Assembly: GCF_009914755.1 (NCBI RefSeq)
Contig: NC_060932.1
DNA from: the human T2T-CHM13v2.0 reference genome, Homo sapiens
DNA length: 64,000 nucleotides
Direction: 5' to 3' (one strand)
Shown: piece after piece, positions 1 through 12,064 of the stretch
How positions within the stretch are numbered: the first letter of the stretch is position 1
Layout of the letters: each line of letters begins with the position of its first letter
Program-made: the position numbers and the translations under genes
Notes under the pieces: generated by a model
The model's database searches: none
The model's input: only the letters and a program-made list of their open reading frames with translations
What the model was told of the DNA's origin: nothing

Positions 1-2218
1 GCCCCCAACAGCCTAACTTGGTTGCTTGCAGGGCTGGGGTGGACACAAAAGCATGAACAAAAACCACAGTCCCTGGATATGAAAGCCAAGTGGGACATCT
101 GGCCCAGGTGACTCTCTCCAAAGCTAAGCTCTTTCCATAAACAAGGTAAAAAGGAACTTGAACAAAATACATCACAAAAAGTCCTAAGGCATTGAAATCA
201 CAGCATTAAAAAGGCTTTCTGAAACAAAAGAACTATAATTTTTAAAGAAATTCAGCAGATGCATTTTGAACACTTAGTATTAAAAAAAACCTTATGCTAA
301 GTGCAACGAATACAGTGATGACTGGGATTGTCTCTTCTCTCGAGGAGTTTACAATCTATTGAAGAAGACAGACTTATGGATAACTAGACATGGTACAAAG
401 GAAGATGACATCAGAACTTATGTAAAGTAGGAAGAAAGTGTTTTGCGTATAGAAGCAGGAGCTATTAGTTCTAAATGGCAGATAACGGAACGTTTGCCGA
501 GGAAGTGTTGTTGCAGCTCAGTTCTGAGGGATGAGAAAGGTCTCAGCAGTGGGAGGATGAGGGGAAGGACAGGCAGGGCTGTGAGGAGTGCTGGGCTTGG
601 GGAACCGTGTGTGCAGTCCTGTGAGGCTGGAGAGAAGTCACAGGAGATGCAGCTGGAAAGAGGATTCATTCCACAGGTACAGAATCAGCATCAGGGACCT
701 AAGACTGGCATCAGGCACACGTAGTTTTCAAGGCTCATTCTATCACTCACAGCTGTGTGACCTTCTGCAATGGCATTGTTACCATGAAAAGAGAAATGCT
801 GTAAGAACTAGGAATAATATATGCACAGGGTGTAAGGTACACCGTGGTCTCTTGGGGTAGGTTTGCTGTCTGAATAAACAACCCAGAGAGAGGCATGCGT
901 TATCTCCATTTTTATAGTTGGGCTATTCGAGATGGAAAGAGTTGAAATAGCTTGTTTAAGCTGTTTCAACAAGTAAGAATTCCTGTCCAGATGTGAGCCC
1001 ACCTTCTGCCCCGTGAAATACACTGCTCCGTGGGGAGAAGGCACAATGTGCGGAGGGGCAGTATAAACAACGTGTGTCACTGCCTTCAGAGTGTGCAGTC
1101 TGGCTTGTTAAACATGAAGGTTGGACTGCAAAACAGAAGGGGCCACACAGTGGCAGTGCTAGAGGGGCTTAGAGGAGGCATAGTCCCAGTGAGGGGAAGT
1201 GGTGGTGGGGACTTCCTGGAGCTGGACCCCTGGAGTTGCTGAAGACAGCAAGCAGAGAGGGAACCCCTGAGTGTTGGCTGCTCTAAGGACCCAGTGTCTA
1301 AGGAATGAGGAACTTACTCCCCTGGCTGTCAGACGTGCTGCAGGAAGATGGCCCTCAGCTGCCAGTCCTTTGGGGACTACCTCGCCCACAGTCTCACCTC
1401 CTTCCACACCCAGGAACTGAGGCTTGGGTCTTTTGCCCAACTTGTGCCAACTCTGAAGGCTCTCTCAGAGCTCAAGGTCCCCATGGAGTCAGCTGAGGTC
1501 CTCTTTGGGGCTGCGCCTGGGGCAACCTCTCCCTCTCCTGCTCTGTCCCCACCACAGGTGCTGGCCAAGAGCACTAATAGGCATCTGCATGTCTGCCAAT
1601 CTCTGTTTTATCTTCCCAGGGAACCCAACCTGTGACATCCAGATCTGGATCATAGCTTGTAGCTTTGGACTGCAGCTGAGTCTGTAGGATGCAGCCCACT
1701 CCTGGGTGCTGGGTGGTGAGAGAGGGGGATCAACATAGATGGCTGATGGATACCCCAGAGCCTGCTAGTGTGTTTTCACACAGGACCTGGGGCCTACCAT
1801 CCCCCACCTCCCACCCACCCCCTTAACATTCTTTTCTGGGAGGGACACATTCTTTTACGCCTGATGGGTCAGAGCTGAGGGTATGTGTGTGGTGGGGTAG
1901 GGTGGTGGTCAGGGTGAGGGAGGACTCCAAAGTGGAGGCGCTGTCTTCCACAGGAGTCTGTAGCCCACACTCAGTGGAGAGAGGAGCAGAATGTGGGAAA
2001 GGAGACCTGGGAGGGACTGGCTGAGAATGAGGCCCAGCACTGAGAAGGAAAGAGAATCAGAGTCCAAGAAGGACCCCTAGGCGGTCTCAATCTTATAAAA
2101 ACCTGGGCTCACTTTCGATGGATATGAAAATATCATTCTCAGTTATAAATATTAATATAAGAGTACTTTCACTTAAGTGGTTTTTCCCCCTAAGGTATAT
2201 ATATTTTAAATATATTTT

Positions 2219-2331
2219 GGTCTGAACATGGTGGCTCTTGCCTGTAATCCCAGCACTTTGGTAGTTCGTGCCTGTAATCACATCTGAGGCAGGAGGATTA
2301 TTTGAGGACGGGAGTTTGGGCAACATAGTGA

Positions 2332-2334
<3 letters not shown>
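2219..2334 (+). mobile_element. Alu left monomer / FLAM-like fragment
   Basis: GGTGGCTCTTGCCTGTAATCCCAGCACTTTG...GAGGCAGGAGGATTATTTGAG...GGCAACATAGTGAGAC, with an internal repeat of TGCCTGTAATC. Confidence 0.7.

Positions 2335-2366
<32 letters not shown>
2333..2366. repeat. (AC)17 microsatellite
   Basis: Perfect AC dinucleotide run at the Alu-monomer tail. Confidence 0.95.
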
Positions 2367-2368
<2 letters not shown>

Positions 2369-3650
2369 TAATATATATATATTTCATAACATTGTGTTAC
2401 ATACTCTAAATACACAAACACACTATATATTATGTTATATTGTCTATATACATATAACACGATGTTATGAAATGTATATATAGTATAATAAAATGGTTAC
2501 TATAGTAAAATAAAAGAACATATTCATTGAGTTAAAATAATTACACAGGTGTAAATAAATAGCACATCATAAGGAAAAAACAGTCATGCTTGAAAGGATC
2601 ACAGATGTGCAGAGTGGAGAGCCCAACTTCTGCAAATCCCCTCAGGAGAGATGGTTCCATTGGGATTTATTTCCTGTAGTTTGGATCAAGAAGCAAGTTA
2701 TTCTTCATTCTACTTAGTGAATGTAAAATTATCATTTGTAAAGCAGAGACTCCCCACTGGAAGCACAGCAGCTTGAGGCTGTGTGTATGTGAAGCTGGAA
2801 AATCTGGCTGGCCCAGTCTGTGGGGGTCCCCTTAGTGTTGAGCAGCTCCTTGGGGGAACTTGGGGGTCCTTCAGAAGCCCTCTTGCACTCCAATGACAGG
2901 AGGGCATAGGCCTGACAAAGTGTCTCAGGCCTGCCTGGCTTGCGTGTGGGTGCACAGATGCAGCCCTCAAGTTTCCAGTGAGTTTTCCGAGCGACCAGAG
3001 CCTGCTCTTTGCCCCTTCCCCCGCTGATTTCTCATGTCCAAGGGCTGGCCATTGAAAAGCCGAGACCCAGCAGGGGGCCTGGACCCCATGGTGGGGGTAG
3101 CCTCTGACATTCTTCAGACACTGAGACTCTTAATCAGAAAGAGTTAGACTTGATCCTGGGAATACACGGAGGCCCGTTTCCCTCTTTCTTCCAATGTGTG
3201 TGACAGCAAAGAAGTTGGTACACATTTTTGAATAAGGAAGCATGAGGCTCAGAGTGGCGTTTTGGAAAGATTTGGCTTTGTATCTCTGGAAAGTCCTAGC
3301 TGCAGCGGTAGAGAGGGCAGATCGGGGGCAGGGAGACCAGTTTGGATGTGCTTGTCACCCTCCAGCTGGCGATAAGGAGGAGCTGCACTGGAATGGTGGC
3401 TGTGGGAATGGAAAAGGGGATCATCTGAGGCACACTGGAGGCAGAATGTGTGGGCAGCAATAATGGCTCAGAAACAGAGAAGTCCCGTTTCAGGCCCAAG
3501 GGAATGGTGGCTGATAACGCCATTAAAAGAAACTGGGAAGTCAATTCTCACAAACCCTGTGAGACAGGCTTCAAAAATAAATCTGGTTTCAAATTCTAGC
3601 CCTATTACTACCAGCTGTGTGGGTGCCACTGGATATACAAGTCACCTTAG

Positions 3651-3965
<315 letters not shown>

Positions 3966-5576
3966 CTTGTTGTTTTTTTAATTTGTAAAATTGGGCATGA
4001 TGATGACGATGATTTCATAGTTATTTATTGCAAAGAATAAAAGAAAACATCACAAAACATTTTCAAGAGGACAGCATAAAATTGGCACTCAATAAATGGA
4101 AGTGACTGAAGTAGAGTTTGATTAGTGCAATTTATGAGGTTGTAGAGGAAGTCAGACCCTCAGAGGACAGTGAAAGATTCCAGCTGAGTGGTGCAGGGAA
4201 CGCTCATGGAGGAGCCAGAGGTTGTGCTAGTGTCTATTCAGGGTCTTTGAGGTCTTAGAAGGCCAACTCTTCTAAGCACAGAAATGAATCAATTTATAAA
4301 ATGGTCTCTTATTTTTCAGTTAGATGCAAATGACAAGCATGAATACTGTTGATAATCTCTTTCATACATAAGGTACAAATAATTTTCTTCCTCTTTTTGC
4401 AATTTTAATAGCAGCTGAGATTTTTTAAAAAGAGAATTAAACCATAATGACATTTATTGTTTCCTTAACATGAAACATACAACAATGTTGTTAAGGATCC
4501 AGGCTCTTTCCCAATTCTTGTTTGGTTTTTCATCTTATACTTGTTGCTTCATGGTTGCAAGATGGCTGCCATAGCAGAAGGGATCACATTTATGTTCAAG
4601 ACAGACAAAAAAAAAAAAAAAAAAAAGGAAGGTGCAACACCATTGAGCTCTCTGATACCTAGCCCTCTTAGCAAAGCAAACATTTTCTAGAAGAGTTTCA
4701 TTGGTCAGAATTAGGTCACATCGTCATGACCAAGGATTAAAAATGTCTGGGAAAGCAAATATCTGGCAAAGAGGAATAAGATTGCCTGATAATAATTCTG
4801 TATGCTAGTGAAAGATTTTTAAGCAGCTGAGATTTTGGCAACTTAGAATTTTGGTTTATCCAGTGATTTACCATTTAACTGTAGATCAATGAACATTTTA
4901 ATAGATGACTACTGTTTTCCAGAGGATAAGAGAACTGAAAGGGCATTTGAGAAGAAGAGATGTTTTTGCCTTTTTGGTTTTCCAGGGCCTACAGATGCTT
5001 TAATTCTGCTTCCTTTTTTTTTTTCATTCTTTTTTTTTCTTTTCTTTTCATATTTCAATAAGTAAATAGAAGACCTCTCCAATTAGATAACTAAAAAATA
5101 TTGGTGGACTTCAAGATTAAACTTTGTGGTTGGTTTTCAAATTTATTTCTGAGTTCAGCAGTAGACTCAGTTGCACTGGGAGCTGAAACAACAGGAAGGA
5201 GGAAAAAGATGCCTGTGTCCCCTCATGCAGGAAGGGGCCTGTGCAGTAGTGATCAGCAGCTGCTCCTCTTGTGCCCTCAGGCCTGATGGCAAGGCCCAGG
5301 TTCCTTCTGGTAAGGAAAAACCCTCCTCGCCCTTCATGATTAAGCTGAAGACAGCTTAAGCATCCACAGATACTTAACAGTAGTTTAATTATCAAATTCC
5401 TTGTTCTAAAATGAATTAGAAAAATTGTATATTTAATTTGATATTCAATAACTTCAACAAGTTATGTAATAACTTCAAACACCTCTGTAGTAAAAAAGAG
5501 CTTCTAATAGTGAAATTAATTACAAAGTCGTTTTTTAAAAGGCAATTTTAATAAATCTTAATTTAAAAAATCTACT

Positions 5577-5660
5577 GAAGATAGGTAGTGGTGATGGCTG
5601 CACAAAAATGTGAAAGTGCTTAATACCACTAAACTGTAAACTTAAAAATCATTAGAATGG
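5577..5660 (+). mobile_element. L1MB-like 3' end, left part (continues at ~7946-7985 after the THE1A insertion)
   Basis: GGTAGTGGTGATGGCTGCACAAAAATGTGAA...CTTAAAAAT...AATGG, resuming TAAATTTTATGTCATGTGTATTTTACCA after the LTR element. Confidence 0.7.
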
Positions 5661-7940
5661 TGTATTAGACCATTTTCATGCTGCCGATAAAGACATACCT
5701 GACACTGGGAAGAAAAAGAGGTGTAATTGGACTTATAGTTCCACATGGCTGGGGAGGCCTCAAAATCATAGTGGGAGGTGAAAGGCACTTCTTACATGGT
5801 GGTGGCAAGACACGATGAGAAAGAAGCAAAAGTGGAAACTCCTGATAAACCCATCAGATCTTGTGAGAGTTATTCACTATCATAAGAATAGCACAGGAAA
5901 GACCTGCCCCCATGATTCAATTACCTCCCTCTGGATTCCTCCCACAACACGTGGGAATTCTGGGAGAAAAAATTCAAGTTGAGATTTGGGTGGGGACACA
6001 GCCAAACCATATCATTCCGCCCCTGGCCCCTCCAAATCTCATGTCCTCACATTTCAAAACCAATCATGCCTTCCCAACAGTTACCCAAAGTCTTAACTCA
6101 TTTCAGCACTAACCTAAAAGTCCACAGTCCAAAGTCTCATCTGAGACAAGGCAAGTCCCTTCCGCCTATGAGCCTGTAAAATCAAAAGCAAGCTAGTTAC
6201 TTCCTAGATACAATGGAGGTACAGGTATTGGGTAAATACAGCCATTCCAAATGGGAGAAATCAGCCAAAACCAAGGGGTTATAGGACCCATGCCAGTCTG
6301 AAATCCAGTGGGGCAGTCAAATCTTAAAGCTCCAAAATGATCTCCTTTGACTCCAGGTCTCATATCCAGCTGCAAGAGGTAGGTTCCCATGGTCTTGGAC
6401 AGCTCCACCCCTGTGGCTTTGCAGGGTACAGCCTCCCTCCTGGCTGCTTTCATGGGCTGGCGTTGAGTGTTTGCGGCTTTTCCAGGTGTGCGGTGCAAGC
6501 TGTCGGTGGATCTACCATTCTGGAGTCTGGAGGATGGTGGCACTCCTCTCACAGCTCCACTAGGCAGTGCCCCAGTAGGGACTCTTTGTGGGGGCTCTGA
6601 CCCCACATTTCTCTTCCGCACTGCCCTAGCATAGGTTTTCCATGAATGCTCTACCCCTGCAGCAAACTTTTGCCTGGGCATGCAGGCGTTTTCAACATCT
6701 TCTGAAATCTAGGTGGAGATTCCCAACCTTCAATTCTTGATTTCTGTGCACCTGCAGGCTCAACACCAGGTGGAAGCTGCCAAGTCTTGGGGCTTCCACT
6801 CTCTGAAGCCCCAGCCTGAGCTGTATGTTGGCCCCTTTCTGCCACAGCTGGAGTGGCTGGGGCACAGGGCACCAAGTCCCTAGGATGCACACAACACGGG
6901 GACCCTGAGCCTGGCCCGCCAAACCACTTTTTCCTCCTGGGCCTCTGGGCCTGTGGTGGGAGGCGCTGCTGTGAAGGTCTTTGACATGGCCTGGAGACAT
7001 TTTCCTCATGGTCTTGGGGATTAATATTAGGCTCCTTGGTAATTATGCAAATTTCTGCAGCCAGCATGAATTTCTTCCCAGAAAATGGGTTTTTCTTTTC
7101 TATCACATTGTCAGGCTGCAATTTTTCTGAACTTTTATGCTCTGCTTCCTTTATAAAACTGAATGCCTTTAACAGTACCCAAGTCACCCCTTGAATGCTT
7201 TGCTGTTTGCTTAGAAATTTCTTCTGTCAGATACCATAAATCATCTCTCTCAAGTTCAAAGTTCCACAAATCTCTAGGGCAGGGGCAAAATGCCACCAGT
7301 CTCTTTGCTAAAATATAATGAGTCACCTTTACTCCAGTTACCAAAAAGTTTCTCATCTCCATCTGAGACCACCTCAGCCTGGATTTCATTGTCCATATTA
7401 CTATCAGCATTTTGGGAAAAGCCATTTAACAAGTCTCTAGGAAGTTCCAAAGTTTCCCACAATTTCCTGTCTTCTTCTGAGCCCTTCAAACTGTTCCAAT
7501 CTCTCCCTGTTTCCCAGTTCCAAAGTTGCTTGCACATTTTCAGGTATGTTTTAAGCAATGCCCCACTCTGCTGGTATCAATTTACTGTATTAGTTTGTTT
7601 TCATGCTGCTGATAAAGACATACCCAAGACAGGGAAGAAAAAGAGGTTTAATTGGACTTACATTTCCACATGTCTGGGGAGGCCTCAGAATCATGGCAGG
7701 AGGCGAAAGATACTTCTTACATGGTGGCAGCAAGATAAAATGAGAAAGAAGCAAAAGTGGAAACCCCTGATAAACCCATCAGATCTTGTGAGACTTATTC
7801 ACTATCACAAGAATAAGCATGGGGAAGATGGGCCCCCATGATTCAATTACCTCCCCCTGGGTCCCTCCCACAACATGTGGGAATTCTGGGAGATACAATT
7901 CAAGTTGAGATTTGGGTGGGGACACAGCCAAACCACAACA
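5661..7940 (-). mobile_element. Full-length THE1A (MaLR) provirus: 5' LTR 7586-7940, internal 6014-7585, 3' LTR 5661-6013
   Basis: Two ~355-bp direct repeats with THE1A-type sequence flank a ~1.57-kb internal region. 5-bp TSD AATGG/ACTGG (1 mismatch). Minus-strand ORF fragments between 6193 and 7558 are the decayed MaLR internal ORF. Confidence 0.92.
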
Positions 7941-8149
7941 ACTGGTAAATTTTATGTCATGTGTATTTTACCATACTAAAAAAATTTTACTGAATGTAGC
8001 CTTGTTAAGCTGAGAGGCCTGCTTCAATGAATGGGTAAATAATTTGTAAAGAGAAGAACAAACAATTGCATTTAAGTGTTTTCTTGTCTCTCTATACTCA
8101 GTACATATCTTGGTCACAGTATTCTCTTGAACCTTGGACCTGTACATTC

Positions 8150-8420
8150 TATCTACTTGGCACATCTCATAGACTTCTCAGGTCCACCATGTCTAAAAGT
8201 GAATTCAGTGTCTTTGGTTCACCTGCAGACACCTGCTCCTCCTCTTTCGTTCTCTATCCATGCAGCCAACTGCCCAAGCCAGAAATCTGGATGCCATTCT
8301 TGAATCCAACTTTTCCTTTATCCTCCACACCAACTGATCACCATGTAGGGTTAACTATGTCTCCTCAACGTTGCTCTAATCTGTCCACTTCTCTTATCTT
8401 CACAGTTGCCATGCTAAGGT
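8150..8420 (+). mobile_element. L2 LINE fragment
   Basis: CCATGTCTAAAAGTGAATTC...CCAACTGCCCAAGCCAGAAATCTGGATGCCATTCTTGAATCC resembles the L2 3' region. Confidence 0.55.
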
Positions 8421-9937
8421 AAATAAGGAATCAGGAACTCTTATCTCTAAAATAAGCTCCTAGCATCCATTCTGCCATGCACTGATCTTAATATGAGTCT
8501 TTCTAAGGAAGTAAGAAATCATTTTCTTAGCCAAGGTAGATGATCTGCTGGCCTTCTTGGAGATACTATCAAGTTGCTTAGCAAACCAATTTTACAAAGG
8601 GACTCGGCCATAATTTTTTAAAAATAGAAATTACTGATCTTTCAGCAGGACTTTTGCATATGCTTAAAACTTCTTACCCTTCCACAAAATATTCAACCCC
8701 CACTCCCCGCTTAGCATAGTAACACTGACAGTGTGAGACAAAAGAATTGCGGGATCAGGTGCTCAGGGAGTGTTATGGAAAATGGCTATCTTACATTAAT
8801 GTGTGAGTTGTCCAAGGACAAGGTTATTTTGGTTTCATCAATTCACTCATCAGTTAGTTAACATTTATTCAATATCTGTGTATATGGGGCACTGTTAGGA
8901 ATAGAGAGATGGGACAGTCTCTACCTGCAGAAAGCACACAGCCTAGGGGTGGAGACGGATGGAAAAGCAGTTGATTGCTTTGCAGGGTGGAGTGCTGAGA
9001 ATAGAGTCAGTTGGTCTGGAGTCATGGGGAAGGGCATTTCTCACAGCCAGGGATGATCAGGGAAAGCTTTCCAGAGCTGGAAAGTAAAGAAGATCTGAAT
9101 TTAAGATCCAGTCCTGATCTCACATCTGGCCCTTTTCCCATTTCAGCTAAGAATGTAATCAATGTGACAAGGCCCTGGACTTTAATAGTCTCAGAATTAT
9201 TTCACTTTGTACTTCCTGCCTACCAGTCAGGCTGAGCATCTTCTCATGTTTATTGACCCTCTGCATTTTCTCTTCTGTGTATCATCTAGTTTTATCATTT
9301 GTGGAAAATCTTAGTATTGAGAATAAACTCTCTGAGGCAGATAGGGAGCTTGTCTTTTGCTCTTTGAAGGATTGATTTCCTAAGTCCTACACACATCTAC
9401 GGACAAAATAAGAATCAGGATGTTTTTCTAAAAGCCCCCTTGCTTCCTGCCAGTCTGTGCCTTCTTGCCAGTAATCTGGCTTCCTAAGGGAGGTCAGCAG
9501 GACATGATGGAATCTGTACGTGCAGACTCCATCGTCATCTTTAACAGTTTTTTTCTTTCAAAAGTAAGCGAGAAAGTCTACCCAGATGGACAGAGGGAGT
9601 TATGTGTAGGTTTGCAAATGTGAGAACTGTCTGATAAATCGAAGTATTTGAGTGTGCAAATCTTAAAGAATGAGGTGCAATTTCATATCTGGTATGAGAG
9701 AAATGTCTATAAACTACTACATGGATTTGAGAATGACTCTCATTCATGTAACAGAAAATGCAATGCCTTCAACCACAGTTACCAATGTCCCAATTAACAC
9801 AAGGACTCAACATTCCTGCTCTCTTGCCTGATGGCAGGCAGAAGGACTCTCCAACTGGGCTTTGTGTTTTAAATGCCTGGTGGCCAGAGGACAGAATTAA
9901 AGCTGCCTGAAATGTAGGGGAAGCAACACTCAGGACT

Positions 9938-10100
9938 TAGAGCCAGAAGTACCTGGGTAGGACTCTTGGTTCTGTTACTTATCAGCTGTGTTCTGTTAAG
10001 CAATTCTCTCTACCTCTCTGTGCCTTGGTTTTCTCATATGCAAAGTAAAGGAAATACCTCTTAGCTTCCTGGGTTATTATAAGGATTAAATAACATGATA
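9938..10100 (+). mobile_element. MIR SINE
   Basis: MIR core: ACTTATCAGCTGTGT...CCTCTCTGTGCCTTGGTTTTCTCATATGCAAA...AAGGATTAAAT. Confidence 0.65.
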
Positions 10101-10203
10101 ATAAATTGTTATACAGATGTTAAATGTGTGTACATATTCTTTTCCACTCTTTCTTTTCTTTACTGGGATTACAGTAAATCCCAGTAAAGGGATTTCTTTT
10201 CTT

Positions 10204-10239
10204 TGCTGGGATTACAGGCTTGAGCCACCGCACCCGGCC
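10204..10239 (-). mobile_element. 36-bp remnant of an Alu 5' end
   Basis: TGCTGGGATTACAGGCTTGAGCCACCGCACCCGGCC is the reverse complement of the first ~36 nt of Alu. Confidence 0.8.
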
Positions 10240-10259
10240 AGTGAAAGAATGTTTTAATG

Positions 10260-10538
10260 GGCCAGGCGTGGTCCCAGCACTTTGGGAGGCCAAGGCAGGC
10301 GGATCACCTGAGGTCAGGAGTTGGAGACCAGCCTGTCCAACATGGTGAAACCCTGTCTCTACTAAAAATACAAAAATTAGCCGGGTGTGGTGGCGGGCGC
10401 CTGTAAACCCAGCTACTCGGGAGGCTGAGGCAGAAGAATTGCTTGAACTCAGGAGGCTGAGGTGCAGCGAGCCGAGAGTGTGCTATTGCACTTCAGCCTG
10501 GGTGACAGAGCGAAACTCTGTCTCAAAAAAAAAAAAAA
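10260..10538 (+). mobile_element. AluSx-type SINE with a ~15-nt deletion near its 5' end
   Basis: Full dimer plus A-tail; flanking GTTTTAATG repeated on both sides. Confidence 0.92.
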
Positions 10539-11204
10539 GTTTTAATGACATAACGGCTAATATTTAAAGTCCCAGGAAGTGACTTTCATCTAATGTCATA
10601 TTTTCCTTAAAATATAAATGACATGTTTAAAGTAGAATTGTTTCTTGTTACTTATTGAAGAAAAGCACAAGAGTTTAGCTTAACACCGGATTTGAGATAA
10701 GCTATCTGGATGTCTACACTGAAATGGAATAGATATGTTTTTATCTTTTCTGTTCTTTATTCAAAAGAATCACTGAACTTATAAACTAATGGTTGCTACC
10801 CTGACTACTCAGTTATGGAAGATCTGACATGATAATTTGCCATGCTATTATTTCTGATTAACTATATTAATGTTATTTAAAGCCAAAACCATTTGCCTGT
10901 GTTCATAACCATAGTGATTAAACATAATAGCTAGGCCCATTAACACATTTCTGCATTATCAGTGAAAATCCTGAGGCTCTACACGCACCAGGAAGTTCGC
11001 TCCTACAACGAAGAGTATAATCATCGTGGCAAGCCTTTGTCTGGATCATTTCTTATACACTTTAATTGTATCTTTTTATCATGCAGTCCTTGTAATAGAC
11101 ATTAATGCACAGTTGTACCTAGTGCATATGAGTGCTCTGTTACTGAATATTCCTAAGCCTCTTACGAGAGATGTAATCACCACTGTACCTTCTGATGACT
11201 GTGA

Positions 11205-11511
<307 letters not shown>

Positions 11512-11726
11512 AAAAAGCTTTGAATTTTATCTGCCCTTTGCTTTAGAGAAGAAACCCATTTAATTGTATAAACTACAATTGATTCTGTATGAAGAGTACA
11601 TTTCTTAGGGCAGGACCTGATGCTTAATGACCTAAGGCTGGTAGAATTTTTTATTTCAATGAATTTAACGAAGTATCAATTAAGCATATAATAAACGTTT
11701 GATGGAGGAATAAGTAAACATTGCTA

Positions 11727-12064
<338 letters not shown>

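Noticed and set aside
1800-1920. C-rich and G-rich runs as a functional G-quadruplex
   Set aside because: Irregular loops and no promoter or CpG-island context; not supportable from sequence alone.
5912-7841. Overlapping 60-183 aa ORFs as a novel gene
   Set aside because: They lie wholly within the THE1A LTRs and internal region; they are decayed MaLR sequence.
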